Shown: in pieces, positions 27,831-44,330 of the stretch
Position numbering within the stretch: position 1 is the stretch's first letter
Layout of the letters: each line of letters opens with the position of its first letter
Assembly (NCBI RefSeq): GCF_009914755.1
Contig: NC_060931.1
DNA length: 64,000 bases
DNA from: the human T2T-CHM13v2.0 reference genome, Homo sapiens
Reading direction: 5' to 3' (one strand)
Made by a program: the position numbers and the translations under genes
Notes under the pieces: generated by a model
What the model was told of the DNA's origin: nothing
Seen by the model: the letters and a program-made list of their open reading frames with translations, nothing else
Database searches by the model: none

Positions 27831-28653
27831 TGGTGTTCTTTAAATGTTATCACCCAAGCCTTTTCCCTTTCAGGCAGCTTTCAGTCCTGAACTGCATCTT
27901 TGAAGGCATTAGGGTATCTTTGCAAAATAGATTCTAAGGTTAATTCCTTGGGGCTTCAAGGGATGTCTCACTGACTGGCCTCTTAGTCCTCTGTAAGAGG
28001 AAAGGAAAAGGTTAACCTTTAGTTTTGTGGAGTCCTGAGTTGGCGTCTTTATTTGACTGTCGGGAGCATTCAGCTAAGTTTTTGCCTTCAAAGATTTCTC
28101 TGCCAGCAGCAAAGAGAAAAGTGTGAACATTTTAAATGATTCAAGCCAGCTTGTCAGCATATTCTTCAAATCTTCCTACACATATATTTACACTTTGACT
28201 GTTAACAAGATGGATCATCCTTGGCCAGGCAGAGAAAGCAATTACTCTAGATGATTATCCCAGAATTGACACTAGCTTGGACTTAGCATCACTCCAACAA
28301 TAGAAATTATCTGTTAAAAAGAACAAGATAGATATATATGGTAAAGTGGTTTTCTCTCCTAACTTGCCTTCAGTTAAAGCCCAGACGCCTCTAAGCGGGG
28401 CCAACGTTGTGAAGCAGTCTTCAACAAAGTCACATCAACCCTGCCCCACCTCACCATCCCTGGCCTAAGTCCTCATCCTGTTCCAAAACAGCCACCAACC
28501 CATTCAACCTTAACCCAGTGTGTTATCTATGGCTACCTTACTGCTCCATGTCGCTCCCACCACCATCACCCATGCCTGTGCTCACTGCTGTCCTCCTTGG
28601 CAAAATTGTGAAGTAAATGGTGTCTGCCTCTGTGGCATAGTAAAACATAAATA

Positions 28654-29593
<940 letters not shown>

Positions 29594-29594
29594 T

Positions 29595-30680
<1,086 letters not shown>

Positions 30681-31560
30681 CAGCCCCAGACTCCCTCCTC
30701 CTCCCCCTACCCCCTCCCCCCTGCCCCCAAAGTGCCATCTATCCTTATTGTGCTCCTTGGAGCCCCAAAAGTAGTTCATAAATCCCATAAGTCCTGGTTC
30801 CAAAATGGGCCTTAAACTACAGAATTGTCCCTTGCTCGTTCTCCCATCTCCTCCACCCACCACCACAAGAAATATAAACCTTCTTTGTCCAGTGCTTTGT
30901 CATGTTTATGTCTTTGTCCACCTGGAAAGTGTTTGCCTTCTGTTCCTATAAAGTTAAAGTTAAGCTCAAATGCCTTCTCAAAGTCTTCTCTAATCTCTCC
31001 ACCAAACCTCATTTATCCCTGTTTAGAACAGTTCATCTCTACTTCTCTTTATCTGTATGCTTTATGGCATTTCAGTTTCTATCCACACTTTACTCTCGTG
31101 TTCATAATGCATTTTCCCTACTAGACTCTAAACTCTTTGCTGGCAAGGAGGTCACAGTCAAATTAGAGAAATATGTTGTGATCCATGTTTGAATTATCTT
31201 TGTATTCACAACCTGGCATGGTATTTACAGAATGAATACATGAATGAATCAAGCAGTCCCGCTACAGTGCTATGTGAAACCTACCAACCTTAAGAGCAAA
31301 ATTAATCCCTTAAGTGAACATGTGCAGAATCTGCTCAGTGAAGTAGAGCAGCTCCGTTCTTTTCTACACATGAGGTCATGGGGGAAATCGAATGTATTTG
31401 ACTGTGCTTACCACCCAATTTCTTGTTTTGCCCAGAATCCTCATTTCCAGGACCACAGCAACTTTTGAACTGGAATCAACCTACAAAGAATAAAATAAAT
31501 AGCTGGGGTCTTTCCTACTAATAAGATGAATATTGTTTAATACTGCTTTCCTGCCATTTA

Positions 31561-32012
<452 letters not shown>

Positions 32013-33844
32013 TTATCCGATATCTAATGATTTGGTAAGAAATAAAAACTTTGCCTTGCCAATATTTTGTGATTTATTCTCTCCAAAAGAAGTTGAAAAT
32101 AGAAAAATGTAGGTGCTTTCAAACAATAAAACTCTTGACAAGTTCTGCTCACACCTATCATTCTTGGAGATTGAAGGTAACCACTCCCTTTCCCCACATG
32201 GAGAGCTGTTACAGCTCCAGGGAAATACTTTCCCCCAAACTCAACAGCTGATGAGAAACTAGAGATGAGAAACAAGAAAGGAACCAAAAGGAAGAATTGA
32301 GCACTGATCTCCATTAAGCTGACTCAACTAAATAAATGGCGAGGTTCCACTGTTACACTTCACTTCGCTATGCAGGCGGACGCTTCCATTTTATTGCCAT
32401 AGTAAATTCAGACCAGAAAGTGGCAGAACATTGGCATTTCAATCAAGGCAGCTCCAGATAGGCACAAAGCACAGACGCAGGCTCAGGCAATCACACACTC
32501 ACATACACTTTCCCTGCCCGGCCCACTCAGCTCTGTATGTTGAAAGCTTTATGAAAGAAAGGCTGGAGGATATCCAGAGATTGCTGACAAGATTCAAAGG
32601 GACGGAATTTTACAAATCCTTATAAAAGAACCAGGGGCCCTTCTTGCCAATGGGAATTTGAAATATGTCCCTCTGCTCCTCTGGCTGTACAGAAGGAAAA
32701 AAAATCACAAACAACTTGCTGAGAATATACATTCCCACAGAATACATCACCCTCAAGCTAAATGCTCACTGTCCTCCCTTCTTCTTTAAGAACTAAGAAT
32801 CAGTGATGTTACTGGGGTAATAGCAAGCTGTCTGGCACCTTCAATCATTTGGCAAATTATAAAACAGGGCTATGTCACTTCAGCAACTGAAATAAGGAGG
32901 CAGACCAACATTATCAAATAAGCACGTGCAGTACAGGGTATAAGAAACAGAGCAATATTTCAAGCACTCACGAAATGACAAATTTTATGTTGAGCCACAT
33001 CTACTGCAAAGCATCATATGATATTTCTTCAGGTACAGACATTGCACAAGGGTAACCTGTTCTGTGCACATTTGTAAAGTATTTATATTCCATCAGCTTT
33101 CTTGTCAGTAGAAAAATAATAGTGGTTCTTTGCACATATGCCAGATGAGTTTCATAATGGAAGCCATAGCTTGCTTCTAAGTAAATTATTAAATCGTCAG
33201 CTCTTTAATGAAATGGAATTGTCTGCACTCATCTTTCAGATAAAAGATGCTCTTTTGTAGAAAATGACTGTCCCTAGAATAGAAAAAATAATTTAACCAC
33301 AGGATTCAGAAGATAGTGGAAAGGGAATGAAAGCAGCATTTATTGAGAAAAGCCCCAGAAACTGAGTAGGCACTTGCTATGTGATTTCACTAAATCTTAG
33401 TATTAACTCTACAAGAAAAGAACAATTATTCCCACATTAGAGATAAGCACATTCAAAGAGGCTGGATCACTTGCCCAGCCACAAAATGCTAAGAAATGGT
33501 AAAAATAAGATTTGAAAATGTAGAGCTTACTAAAACCTGAGCTTACTTAAATATTGTATGCTAACTCTCAGTCTGGATAAAGTTGGCCTAGATAATCATG
33601 CCCTGGCCTTTCAAGCCAGAATTAAATACTCTGTTAATAAGTAAGCCAATTGGTCAACTAATATGTATTAAGATCTATATATGAGTAATTGTATGTCACT
33701 CAACTATATTTCATATATATAGACTATGTGTCCTAATATAATTGCTGTTAGCAAAAAGGATTCACTAATCACAAGCATAGTCAGAACAACTTTTTTAAAA
33801 GAGTTAAGTAGAGTGAAAACTAAGTCATCTAATCCGTCAATCCA

Positions 33845-34290
33845 TTAATTCATTCAACAAATATTTATTTGAGTGCCTATGTCCTATGTATTGTTCTAGA
33901 CATTGGGGATACAGCAATGAACGAAACACATAGCATCTCTACTGTCATAGATTTTACATCCTAATGATGAAGACAGACAATAAATAAGCAAATGGATAAT
34001 ATGTCATTAGTGCAATGATTAAAAAAAATAAGGCAGGATTGAAAAGGGAGAGTGATTGGGGGTTCTACTTTATATTAAAATAGGTAAAGGTCTCTCCAAT
34101 AAGGCAACATTTGAACAGAGACCTGAAGGATGTGAGGGAGCAAGCCATGGGAGGAGAGAAAAATTGTTCCACAAAGAGAGAAGTACAAAGACCCTAGGGC
34201 AAGAGTGTGCTCAATATGTTCAAAGTCAGCAAGGAGGCAAGTGTAACTGGGGAGAAGGAAGTGAGGAGGAAAGACAATAGAATAAAAGAA
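33845..34290 (-). mobile_element. L2 fragment
   Basis: ATTCATTCAACAAATATTTATTTGAGTGCCTA...ACATTTGAACAGAGACCTGAAGGATG. Confidence 0.75.
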
Positions 34291-34534
34291 ACTAAAAAGA
34301 CATGTCAGCTCCATATGTGTGGAATGTTTAGGTTCTAATTCAAATAGAGGTAACTGAGACAATTAAGAAATTATTGGGGTGGGCAGAAATGGAGATGTAG
34401 GGGAAGGAAAGGGATGACAAATGCAGGGGGTGAAAGGGAAAGTGGTTAAGTTATTCCGGAGTCAAAAAATCTCGGAGAGGACTCTGAAAATCCTTGAAGC
34501 ATCTGATCTCAGCTCAGATAAAAGAAATAAACAT

Positions 34535-34752
34535 AATTGCTAACATTTATTGAGCACTGCTTTTGTGTGGTTATTCTTTTAATCTTCTGATATCTATATG
34601 AAGGTAGTATTAGTAATATTCAATGTTACAGATGAGGAAACTGAGGCACAGACAGATCAAGTAACACACCCAAGACTACACAGTCAGTAAGTGGCAAAAT
34701 AAACGTTCAAATCTATAAATTTGACCCCAGAGCCCTTGTTCCTAACCACTGG
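34535..34752 (+). mobile_element. MIR
   Basis: TTACAGATGAGGAAACTGAGGCACAG...GTAAGTGGC. Confidence 0.8.
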
Positions 34753-35099
34753 GCTCTACTTAGAGCATTCCTTACCAGATAATAATGTTTCCAAATAAAT
34801 GTGAGATGAAAATAATACTGTCCCTGACCACTAAGAGGCCATAAGTGAGTAGATTACTAGGTAGGTAAAATAGAGTTATGGGAGAATGTTAGTAAGCAGA
34901 TGCAACCACAGAAGCAGGAACCCGTATGGGGGAGTAGGGAGTGGCTCAGTCTCTGCAGAAAGGCAGGCAAAGGAATAGTCACAAAAATCCTCCTCCTCCA
35001 ACAGAGGTGGGGTTTCCCTGAGGTTCCTAAGTAATGAAGAGAAGATCTGGCATGCAGAATCTGTCATGCAAGAAATGTTTATTGAGCCAACAGATATAT

Positions 35100-35987
35100 T
35101 TTTAAATGTTCAACATAACTAACCATCAGAGAAATACAAATCAAAGCCACAATGAGATGTCACTTCACCCAGTTAGAATGGCTGTTACCGAAAAGACACA
35201 AAATAACAAATGCTGGTGAGAATTTAGAGAAAAGGGAACCTTACATACTGTTAGTGGGAATGTAAATTAGTACAGCCATTATGGAAAACAAAATAGGGGT
35301 TTCTCAAGAAAACTAAAAATAGATCTACCATATGATCCACCAATCCCACTACTGGATATTTATCCAAAGAAAAGAAGTCAGTATATTCAAAGGGATGCTT
35401 GCATTCCCATGTTTATCATAGCACTATTCACAATAGCAAAGATAATGGAATCAACCTAAATGTCCCATCAACAGACAAAGAGATAAAGAAATGTTGTATA
35501 CACAATGAAATACTATTCAGCCATTTAAAAAGAATGAAATCCTTCATTTTGCAGTAACATGAGTGAGCTTGGAGGACATTATGTTAAGCAAAATAAGTCA
35601 GGCACCAAAAGATAAGAACCACATGTTTTCACTCATGTGAGAGCTAAGAAAAAAATTTTGAGCTTTTGGAAGTAGAGTGTAGGATTGTGGCTATTAGAGA
35701 CTGAGAAGGGTAGGGAGGAGGGGAAGATAGGGTGAGATTAGTTAAGAGATAAAATTACAGCTAGATAAGAATGAATTCTGGTGTTCTACAGTACTGTAGA
35801 GTGAATATGGTTAGCCATAATTTATTGTACATTTTCAAAAAGGTAGAAGAGAAGCTTTTGAATGTTCACAACACAAATGATAAATGCTTGAGGTGATGGA
35901 TATACTAATTAACCTATACACACATGGAAATATCACTCGATATCCCATCAATGTGTACAATTATTACGTGTCAACCAAAAATAAAAG
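35100..35987 (+). mobile_element. L1MA-type 3' fragment
   Basis: CTACCATATGATCCACCAATCCCACTACTGG, ATTACAGCTAGATAAGAATGAATTCTGGTGTTC. Confidence 0.85.
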
Positions 35988-36324
35988 GGGCTGGGCCCAG
36001 TGGTTCATACCTGTAATTCCAGCACTTTGGGAGGCTGAGGCAGGAGGATTGCTTGAGTCCAGGAGTTTGATACCAGCCTAGGCAACATACTGAGATCTCA
36101 TTATCTCATTTCAACAACAACAGCAAAAATTTTTTAACTAGCTAGACATTGTGACATGCACCTGTAGTCCCAGCTACTTAGGAGGCTGAGGCAGGAGGAT
36201 CATTTGAGCCTAGGAGGTAGAGGCTACAGTGAGCTATGATCATGCCACTGCACTCTGGCCTGGGCAACAGAGCGAGACCTTGTCTCAAAAAATAACAATA
36301 ATAAATATAAATAAAATAAAATAA
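35988..36324 (+). mobile_element. AluJ
   Basis: Dimeric Alu. Confidence 0.9.
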
Positions 36325-36476
36325 AGGGAAAAAATCACCAAAAAAAGAAATATTTATTGGGTGTTCACTATGTGGCAGGGACTATGCTGGGAACTAGGGT
36401 TATAGAAGTAAGCAAGACAGTCAGGGAGGCACAGGAGCAATTTTTAAAAATATAAACAAAAATATTAGCAAGATCC

Positions 36477-36646
36477 TTTTGTTTGTTTGTTTTTTGAGAT
36501 GGAGTCTCGCTTTGTTGCCCAGGCTAGAGTGCTGTGGCACGATCTCAGCTCACTGCAACCTCTGCCTCCCGGGTTCAAGCAATTCTCTCCTGCCTCAGCC
36601 TCCCAAAATGCTGGGATTACAGGCACCCGCCACCACGCCCAGCTAA

Positions 36647-36704
<58 letters not shown>

Positions 36705-36820
36705 GAGATGGCATTTCACCATGTTGGCAGGTCTGGTCTCGACCTCCTGACCTCAAGCTATCCGCCTGCCTTGGCCTCCCAAAGTGTTGAGATTACAGGC
36801 ATGAGCCACCATGCCCAGCC
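36477..36820 (-). mobile_element. AluS with a perfect (TG)n microsatellite replacing the linker (~36648-36702)
   Basis: Reverse Alu arms flanking ~27 TG units. Confidence 0.92.
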
Positions 36821-36987
36821 AGCAAAATCCTTTTAAATATTTCTCTAAGTATCATTATACACATAAAAAATAAAGGTACCTATTAATGGAGATGCTCCTT
36901 TAGGCTGAGTAGAAAGGGAAGCCCTCTTCAAGGAGACAGGATTTGTACTAAATGTATTAAAATCCACATGATTAAAAGGAGCCAATC

Positions 36988-37142
36988 GCTGGGCACTGTG
37001 GCTCACACCTGTAATCTCAGCTACTTGGGAGACTGAGGCAGTAGGATCACTTGAGTCCAAGCATCTGAGGCTGCAGTGAGCTGTGATCACACCACTGTAC
37101 TTCCGTCTGGGTAACACAGCGAGACAAAAAAAAAAAAAAAAA
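36988..37142 (+). mobile_element. Alu monomer (FRAM or AluJ right arm)
   Basis: Single arm with A tail. Confidence 0.8.
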
Positions 37143-37477
37143 GGAGTCAATCATGCTAATATCTGGAATAAAGCATTCTTGGCAGAAGCATTAACTGCTG
37201 CAAATTGCTCTTGGGTGGGCACAACACTTACTGACCTTGTAAGGGGACACACCACCATTGACCTTGTAGAAGAAATAGTAGGCAACATACACGTGCTCCC
37301 CCAGCTTCTAGTGCAATAGCTAAAGTTCAACAAATAATTGTTGAATTATGCAAGTAAAACTCCACCAAAAAAAGTTTTGATCTTTGGCAAGAGTATGAAA
37401 TATTCTTCAGCTAAATCGAACTTAACAATGTCAAGGAAAATTTACAAAGAATAAAAACAATTTCAAAGTATTAAATT

Positions 37478-37759
37478 GGCTGGGTGCAGTGGCTCACACC
37501 TGTAATCCCAATACGCTGGGAGGCCAAAGTGAGAGGATCACTTGAACCCAGGAGTTCAAGACCAGCCTGGCCAACATAGCGAGACCCTTGTCTCTACAAA
37601 AAAAAGTGTAATTAGCAGATGTGGTGGTGTGCTAGTTACTCAGGAGGCTAAGGAGGGAGGATCACTTGAGCCCAGGAGGTCAAGGCTGCAGTGAGCTGTG
37701 ATTGTGCCACTGTACTCCAGCCTGGGCGACAGGGTGAGACCTGTCTCAAAGAAAAAAAG
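37478..37759 (+). mobile_element. AluJ
   Basis: Dimeric diverged Alu. Confidence 0.9.
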
Positions 37760-39084
37760 AGGAAGACAGATCACCTGTCTGACATTTCTACTTCATACTT
37801 TGTAATATTCAACAAACATTCTATATTGGAACTGGAGTCATCTACAGACTTTAAAAGAAAGGAGGCAAGTCTGCTCAGAATCAACCTACTATTCTTATTC
37901 CAAGGTCCTCTCTTAGAAGCTGTTTTTTGAATAATTTCCCATCTATTTTCACCACCAGCAAGAATTTTATTTTTTCTAATACATATTACACAGTCTTGCA
38001 AACCTGATATAAGTAATTAAAAGACAGCAACCAAGGAATTAGTTGCTGAATGCCACTAAGGATAGAACATACGAAAGTTTAGAAGGGACAAGGAAAAGTG
38101 GGAAAATGACTTCACTTGGCATATGGAAATCAGTCCTGCTGGCTGGTTGCCAAAGACAGAATGATTAAAGCCCTAGTGTGCTAGAAACTTTGAAGAGAAG
38201 TATAGAAAAGGTCTGTGCCCTCTTAGAGTTTATTATATCAACTACAAAAGAGCAGTTTGCAAAAGTCACAAATAAAGTTCTGAAGACTGAGATAAAGAAT
38301 AAAACTTAGCAGGAGATTAGAAATAGAAGGACATAAAAAAGAATTGTTGAAGGCTTTGAAGGAAAAGACAAGGATGAACGATAAGCAGAAGAATGGGAAG
38401 GAGATACAGTGAATTCTAAAGGTTGACCTGATCAGAGTATTTATATAAGAGATACTGAGGTGTAAGATAAGTTTACTAAATACCCGGGAGTGAATTCACG
38501 TTGTGACATCAAAATTTACGCAGGGGATGTCATTGTTATTTACAGTTCACTTTTTTAAAAAGGAGGGGAAATGCTGTTTTGGAAACAATAGAATCACACA
38601 CTTGAAAAGACCTTGAAAGATCATCTGGTCCTTGAAGGCTTGGTTAGCTGTCAGCCTCCAGCTGTAAGCACCTACAGGATCTGCCTTCGATTTCTAGCTA
38701 AGGCCATAGTCTTCCAGGGCAACCCCCAGCCAATGATTGAGCATAGCAGGAATATCAAGGTCTGGCTGTGTGTGCCTAATGCAGGAATCCTTTTGTTCTT
38801 TGCTCCAGAGTTCCTTTTTATGTTGGCTAAAGCTTTGTTGGATCTACACAGCAATCTGAGGCTCTCTTTGCCCTATCCTGCTTCTTCCTCCCTTCCCTAT
38901 TACAGGAATCAGATCAACATCACTTTCTGAAGGCTTTCCCTGCCTAATCATGTTTCCTCCTCTTTTTATCTTTCACAGACATTATACTCCCCACCCACCT
39001 ATAGACCTCATGCACTCCTGACTCTATCTCCATATCTGTCTCCTGCTGGATATAATAAATGCAAAGAACATAGTCATAAAACAT

Positions 39085-40915
<1,831 letters not shown>

Positions 40916-41197
40916 ATTTTAAAAATGTGTTCCTGACATTTACAAATATAGTACTAAATAAACACTAAATACTAAACAAACATGTCATTACTATATTTAA
41001 TAATATTTGTTGGTATTTCAAGTGGAATATTTATCTCATTTACATTTCTAGATGATTATTACTAGAAGAGGCTATTGGTGTGTTTATTTTTCTTATATTC
41101 ACAGACTTTATCAAATTTCTTTATTCTGTTATTTTTTAAGCAAAGTCTTTTGGGTTTTCTAGGTATATAATCATATAATGACCAAAAGGAATATCTT

Positions 41198-41490
41198 AGG
41201 CTGGGCATGGTGGTTCATGCCTATAATCACAGCACTTTGAAAGGCTGAGGCAGAAGGATCACTTAAGGCCAGGAGTTCAAAACCAGCCTGGGCAACAAAG
41301 CGAGACCCCCGTCTCTACTAAAAATAATTTAAAAATTAGCTGGGCATTGTGGTGCGTGCCTGTAGTCCCAACTACCTGGGAAACTGAGGCAGGAGGATTG
41401 CTTGAACCCAGGTGTTTGAGGTTGCAGTGAGCTATGATTGCACCACTGCATTCCAGCTTTGGTGGCAGAACAAGATCCCGTCTCATTTTT
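41198..41490 (+). mobile_element. AluJ
   Basis: Dimeric Alu within an old minus-strand L1 remnant. Confidence 0.9.
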
Positions 41491-41821
41491 TAAAAAGGAA
41501 TATCTTCATCTTTTATTATCCAACATTTATACATGTTATTTTGTTTACTTCTCTTATTGCAAGTGCTAGTGTGCTAGTCTCTAAAAGAATATTAAGTAAT
41601 AATAGTGACTACCAGATGCCCTCTCCTTTCTATATGTTAAAGGAAATATCTGAACATCTAAGTGTTTAAAATACTACTCGTTGGAATTTTTGTAAAGTCT
41701 TTACCAATTTGTAGTTTCTATTTCTACTTTATTTTGTTAGAAATGATTTTTAAATTTTTTCAAATAACTTTTTAGCATTTATTAATATAACATGTTTTTT
41801 CCCTTTTATATTGTTGATGCA

Positions 41822-42119
41822 GGCTAGGCACAGTGGCTCATGCCTGTAATCCCAGCACTTTGGGAGGCTGACACAGGAGGATAGCTTGAGCTCAGAAGTT
41901 GGAGACCAGCCTAGGCAACATAGTGAGACTCCTGTCTCTACAAAAAAATCAAAAAATTAGCCAGGTGCAGTGGTACATGCCTGTAGTCCTAGCTACTCAA
42001 GAGGTTGAGGCAGGAGGATAGCTCAAGCCCAGGAGATCAAGGATGCAGTGAGTTGTGATCTCACCACTGCACTCCAGCCTGGGTGACAGAGCAAGACGCT
42101 GTTTTAAAAAAAAAAAAAA
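41822..42119 (+). mobile_element. AluJ
   Basis: Dimeric Alu. Confidence 0.9.
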
Positions 42120-42217
42120 TAGTCAATGCAATGAAATATTATTGATGTCCTAATATTGCAAAAGTTTGCTTTCCTGGTACAAAACCTCTTAAATTATTCT
42201 TTTGATAAAGTACTACC

Positions 42218-42260
42218 AGGTTGGTGCAAAAGTAAACCCCAATTAATTTTGCACCAACCT
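42218..42260. mobile_element. Internally deleted MADE1 (Hsmar1 MITE)
   Basis: Inverted repeat AGGTTGGTGCAAAA (42218-42231) / TTTTGCACCAACCT (42247-42260). Confidence 0.8.
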
Positions 42261-43619
42261 ACTAGATTCTCTTTTGGATATATATTCACAAGCTAACTTG
42301 AACTTTGGGGTTTTTCTGGTACTATCTTTATGAAGTTACAGTAAGGCTGGCTTCATGAAATGATTTAAGGAGTTTCTTCTTTTTCTCTCCCCTAAAATGG
42401 TAAAAATAGTTTAAGACTCCATCATTCCTTAAAGATTGCAAAGGACTTAATGTGAAACTCCCAAGTCTCCATGACATTTTTAATAGTAGATATTTAATGT
42501 CCAATTTTTCTATGGTAATTAGTCTCTTCATGACCCTACTTCTTGGGTCAATTTTCTTAGAAAGTCATTCATATCTCTCAGGTTTTCGAATGTGTTGCTT
42601 TTGAGTTTTAGTTGGTAATTAATATTTTAATCTCCTTCTGCATCAGTGGTTATCTCATTTCTCATTCTTGTATAATTTTGTTCTCTTTAAAAATCTGGGT
42701 CATGACAGGATTATCTATCTTATTGGTGTTTTCAAATAATACAAAAAAGAATTGGACTTACTTATTCAAGTTTTGAGGTTTTCTATTTTATTGTTATCTT
42801 TATTGCTTACTACCATTTTGTTCCTAATAAAGATATATACATATATCTTAATATATTTACATTAATAAAATATACATATTTGTAGTTTATATATTTTTTA
42901 TTTGTGGGATGCCAAATTCTCTCTGGAGATTTAAAATTGTAACATGAACCAACCACCCACTCCCACACACTTATGGTTCTTACTGTGCTTATTTAAAAAT
43001 TTTTTTCATAGCATTTATTTATGATCTTCTAACAAACCTTATGCTACTTATATATTGCTTATTGTTTATCCTGTCAATTTTACATGACTATAAAGTCGAC
43101 AAGGGTTGGGAACTTCCGTCTGTTCATTGATGTATCCCAAAGCCTGGAATGGTACCTGACACAAGGTAGGTGTTCAATAAATTGTTAGATAAATAAATCA
43201 TAATCACATGACTCATTTTACCCAGGCAAAGGGCAAAACAGGAATACTACAGGTATTCATTCATTCACCAAAATAGAGTTCAGCATTTACTATGTGTCAG
43301 AACTGTCCTGGTGTTGACACAAGTCCCCACCCTTACCAAACCAACTGTTTACTTTAGGGCATATGAACAGGAATGGGAGGCAGAAGGATATCGTGAATCA
43401 ATGAAAAAATATATTGGCTTTACAAATGTACTCTATATTTCTTACTAATCTCAAATTGGCTACAGTACCTCGCTTTTCGATCCTATTTTCCTTTACTCCA
43501 CAATCCTAACAGTTTAAAATGTCGGCTTGTCAAATCCTTTAAATGCAGAGGAGATTCCAAAAGAGACAAAGTATTTGGGTGGTAATCGCCCATCGACTTT
43601 ACTACCTTTAATAGTTTAC

Positions 43620-44330
43620 CAAAGCGCGCGAATGTAAAACCCAGACCATGGTAAGACTACGGTGGAAATGGAAGGTGTCTCACTGAGGGTCCCGGTTGCC
43701 TTCTGCAAAGGTGAAGGTCGTGCCGGCCACGCGAGGAAATCTGCCTCGCTCACAACTCACAGGCACACATCAACACTGCCAACCGAGGGAGCCCAAAATC
43801 ACCGCAAGCGAAAGGCTCCGGCGGCGGCCACGGGCCACAGCCCGCCTCCGCGCACACGCAGCCCCTCCCGAGCCTCCACTCGCCGTCTTCGCCCCGCCTT
43901 CGGACCGGAAGGAGTTGTTGGCGCTTCCGGTGGCCTGCGACCCCGTAATTGCCTCGGTGATGTCGTGGGTTCAAGCAGCCTCCTTGATCCAGGGCCCTGG
44001 AGACAAAGGGGACGTGTTTGACGAAGAAGCAGACGAGTCGCTCCTGGCGCAGCGGGAATGGCAGAGTAACATGCAAAGACGAGTCAAAGTAAACGTGGTG
44101 TGGACGGCGCGGGGTGCTGGGTTGTGGGAAGAGGCGCGGAGTTGTGAAGAAGCTGGGTCCAGAGTGGCCCCAGCCTGGCCCGGCGCTGCTCTCTTTATCC
44201 CTAGGGACCCGGTCCGACCCGCGTCTTGCTAGGATTTCTCGATGGTTACTTGAAAGCGTGTAAAACAACAAGACGCATTCTTTGAGCGCCTACGGGATGC
44301 GTTAGAAACTGAGGACCGACCAAAATTAAC
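43620..44330. promoter_or_regulatory. CpG-island promoter of YAE1 with GC box and two inverted ETS (GABP/ELK-type) sites
   Basis: Dense CpG in an AT-rich background; GCCCCGCC 43891-43898; ACCGGAAG 43904-43911 and CTTCCGGT 43924-43931; no TATA box seen. Confidence 0.85.
43960..44088 (+). CDS. YAE1: YAE1 maturation factor of ABCE1, coding exon 1 (aa 1-43)
   Basis: ATG at 43960, MSWVQAASLIQGPGDKGDVFDEEADESLLAQREWQSNMQRRVK, donor AAA|GTAAAC (phase 0). Confidence 0.95.

Noticed and set aside
44089-44232. Continuation of the exon-1 ORF past the donor, and MFILLF start of ORF 49798
   Set aside because: Intronic read-through; canonical GT/AG sites give the coherent 226-aa protein.
43750-44271. 173-aa antisense ORF over YAE1 exon 1
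   Set aside because: Starts at a non-ATG codon, shows no recognisable homology, and is expected from stop-poor GC-rich DNA.
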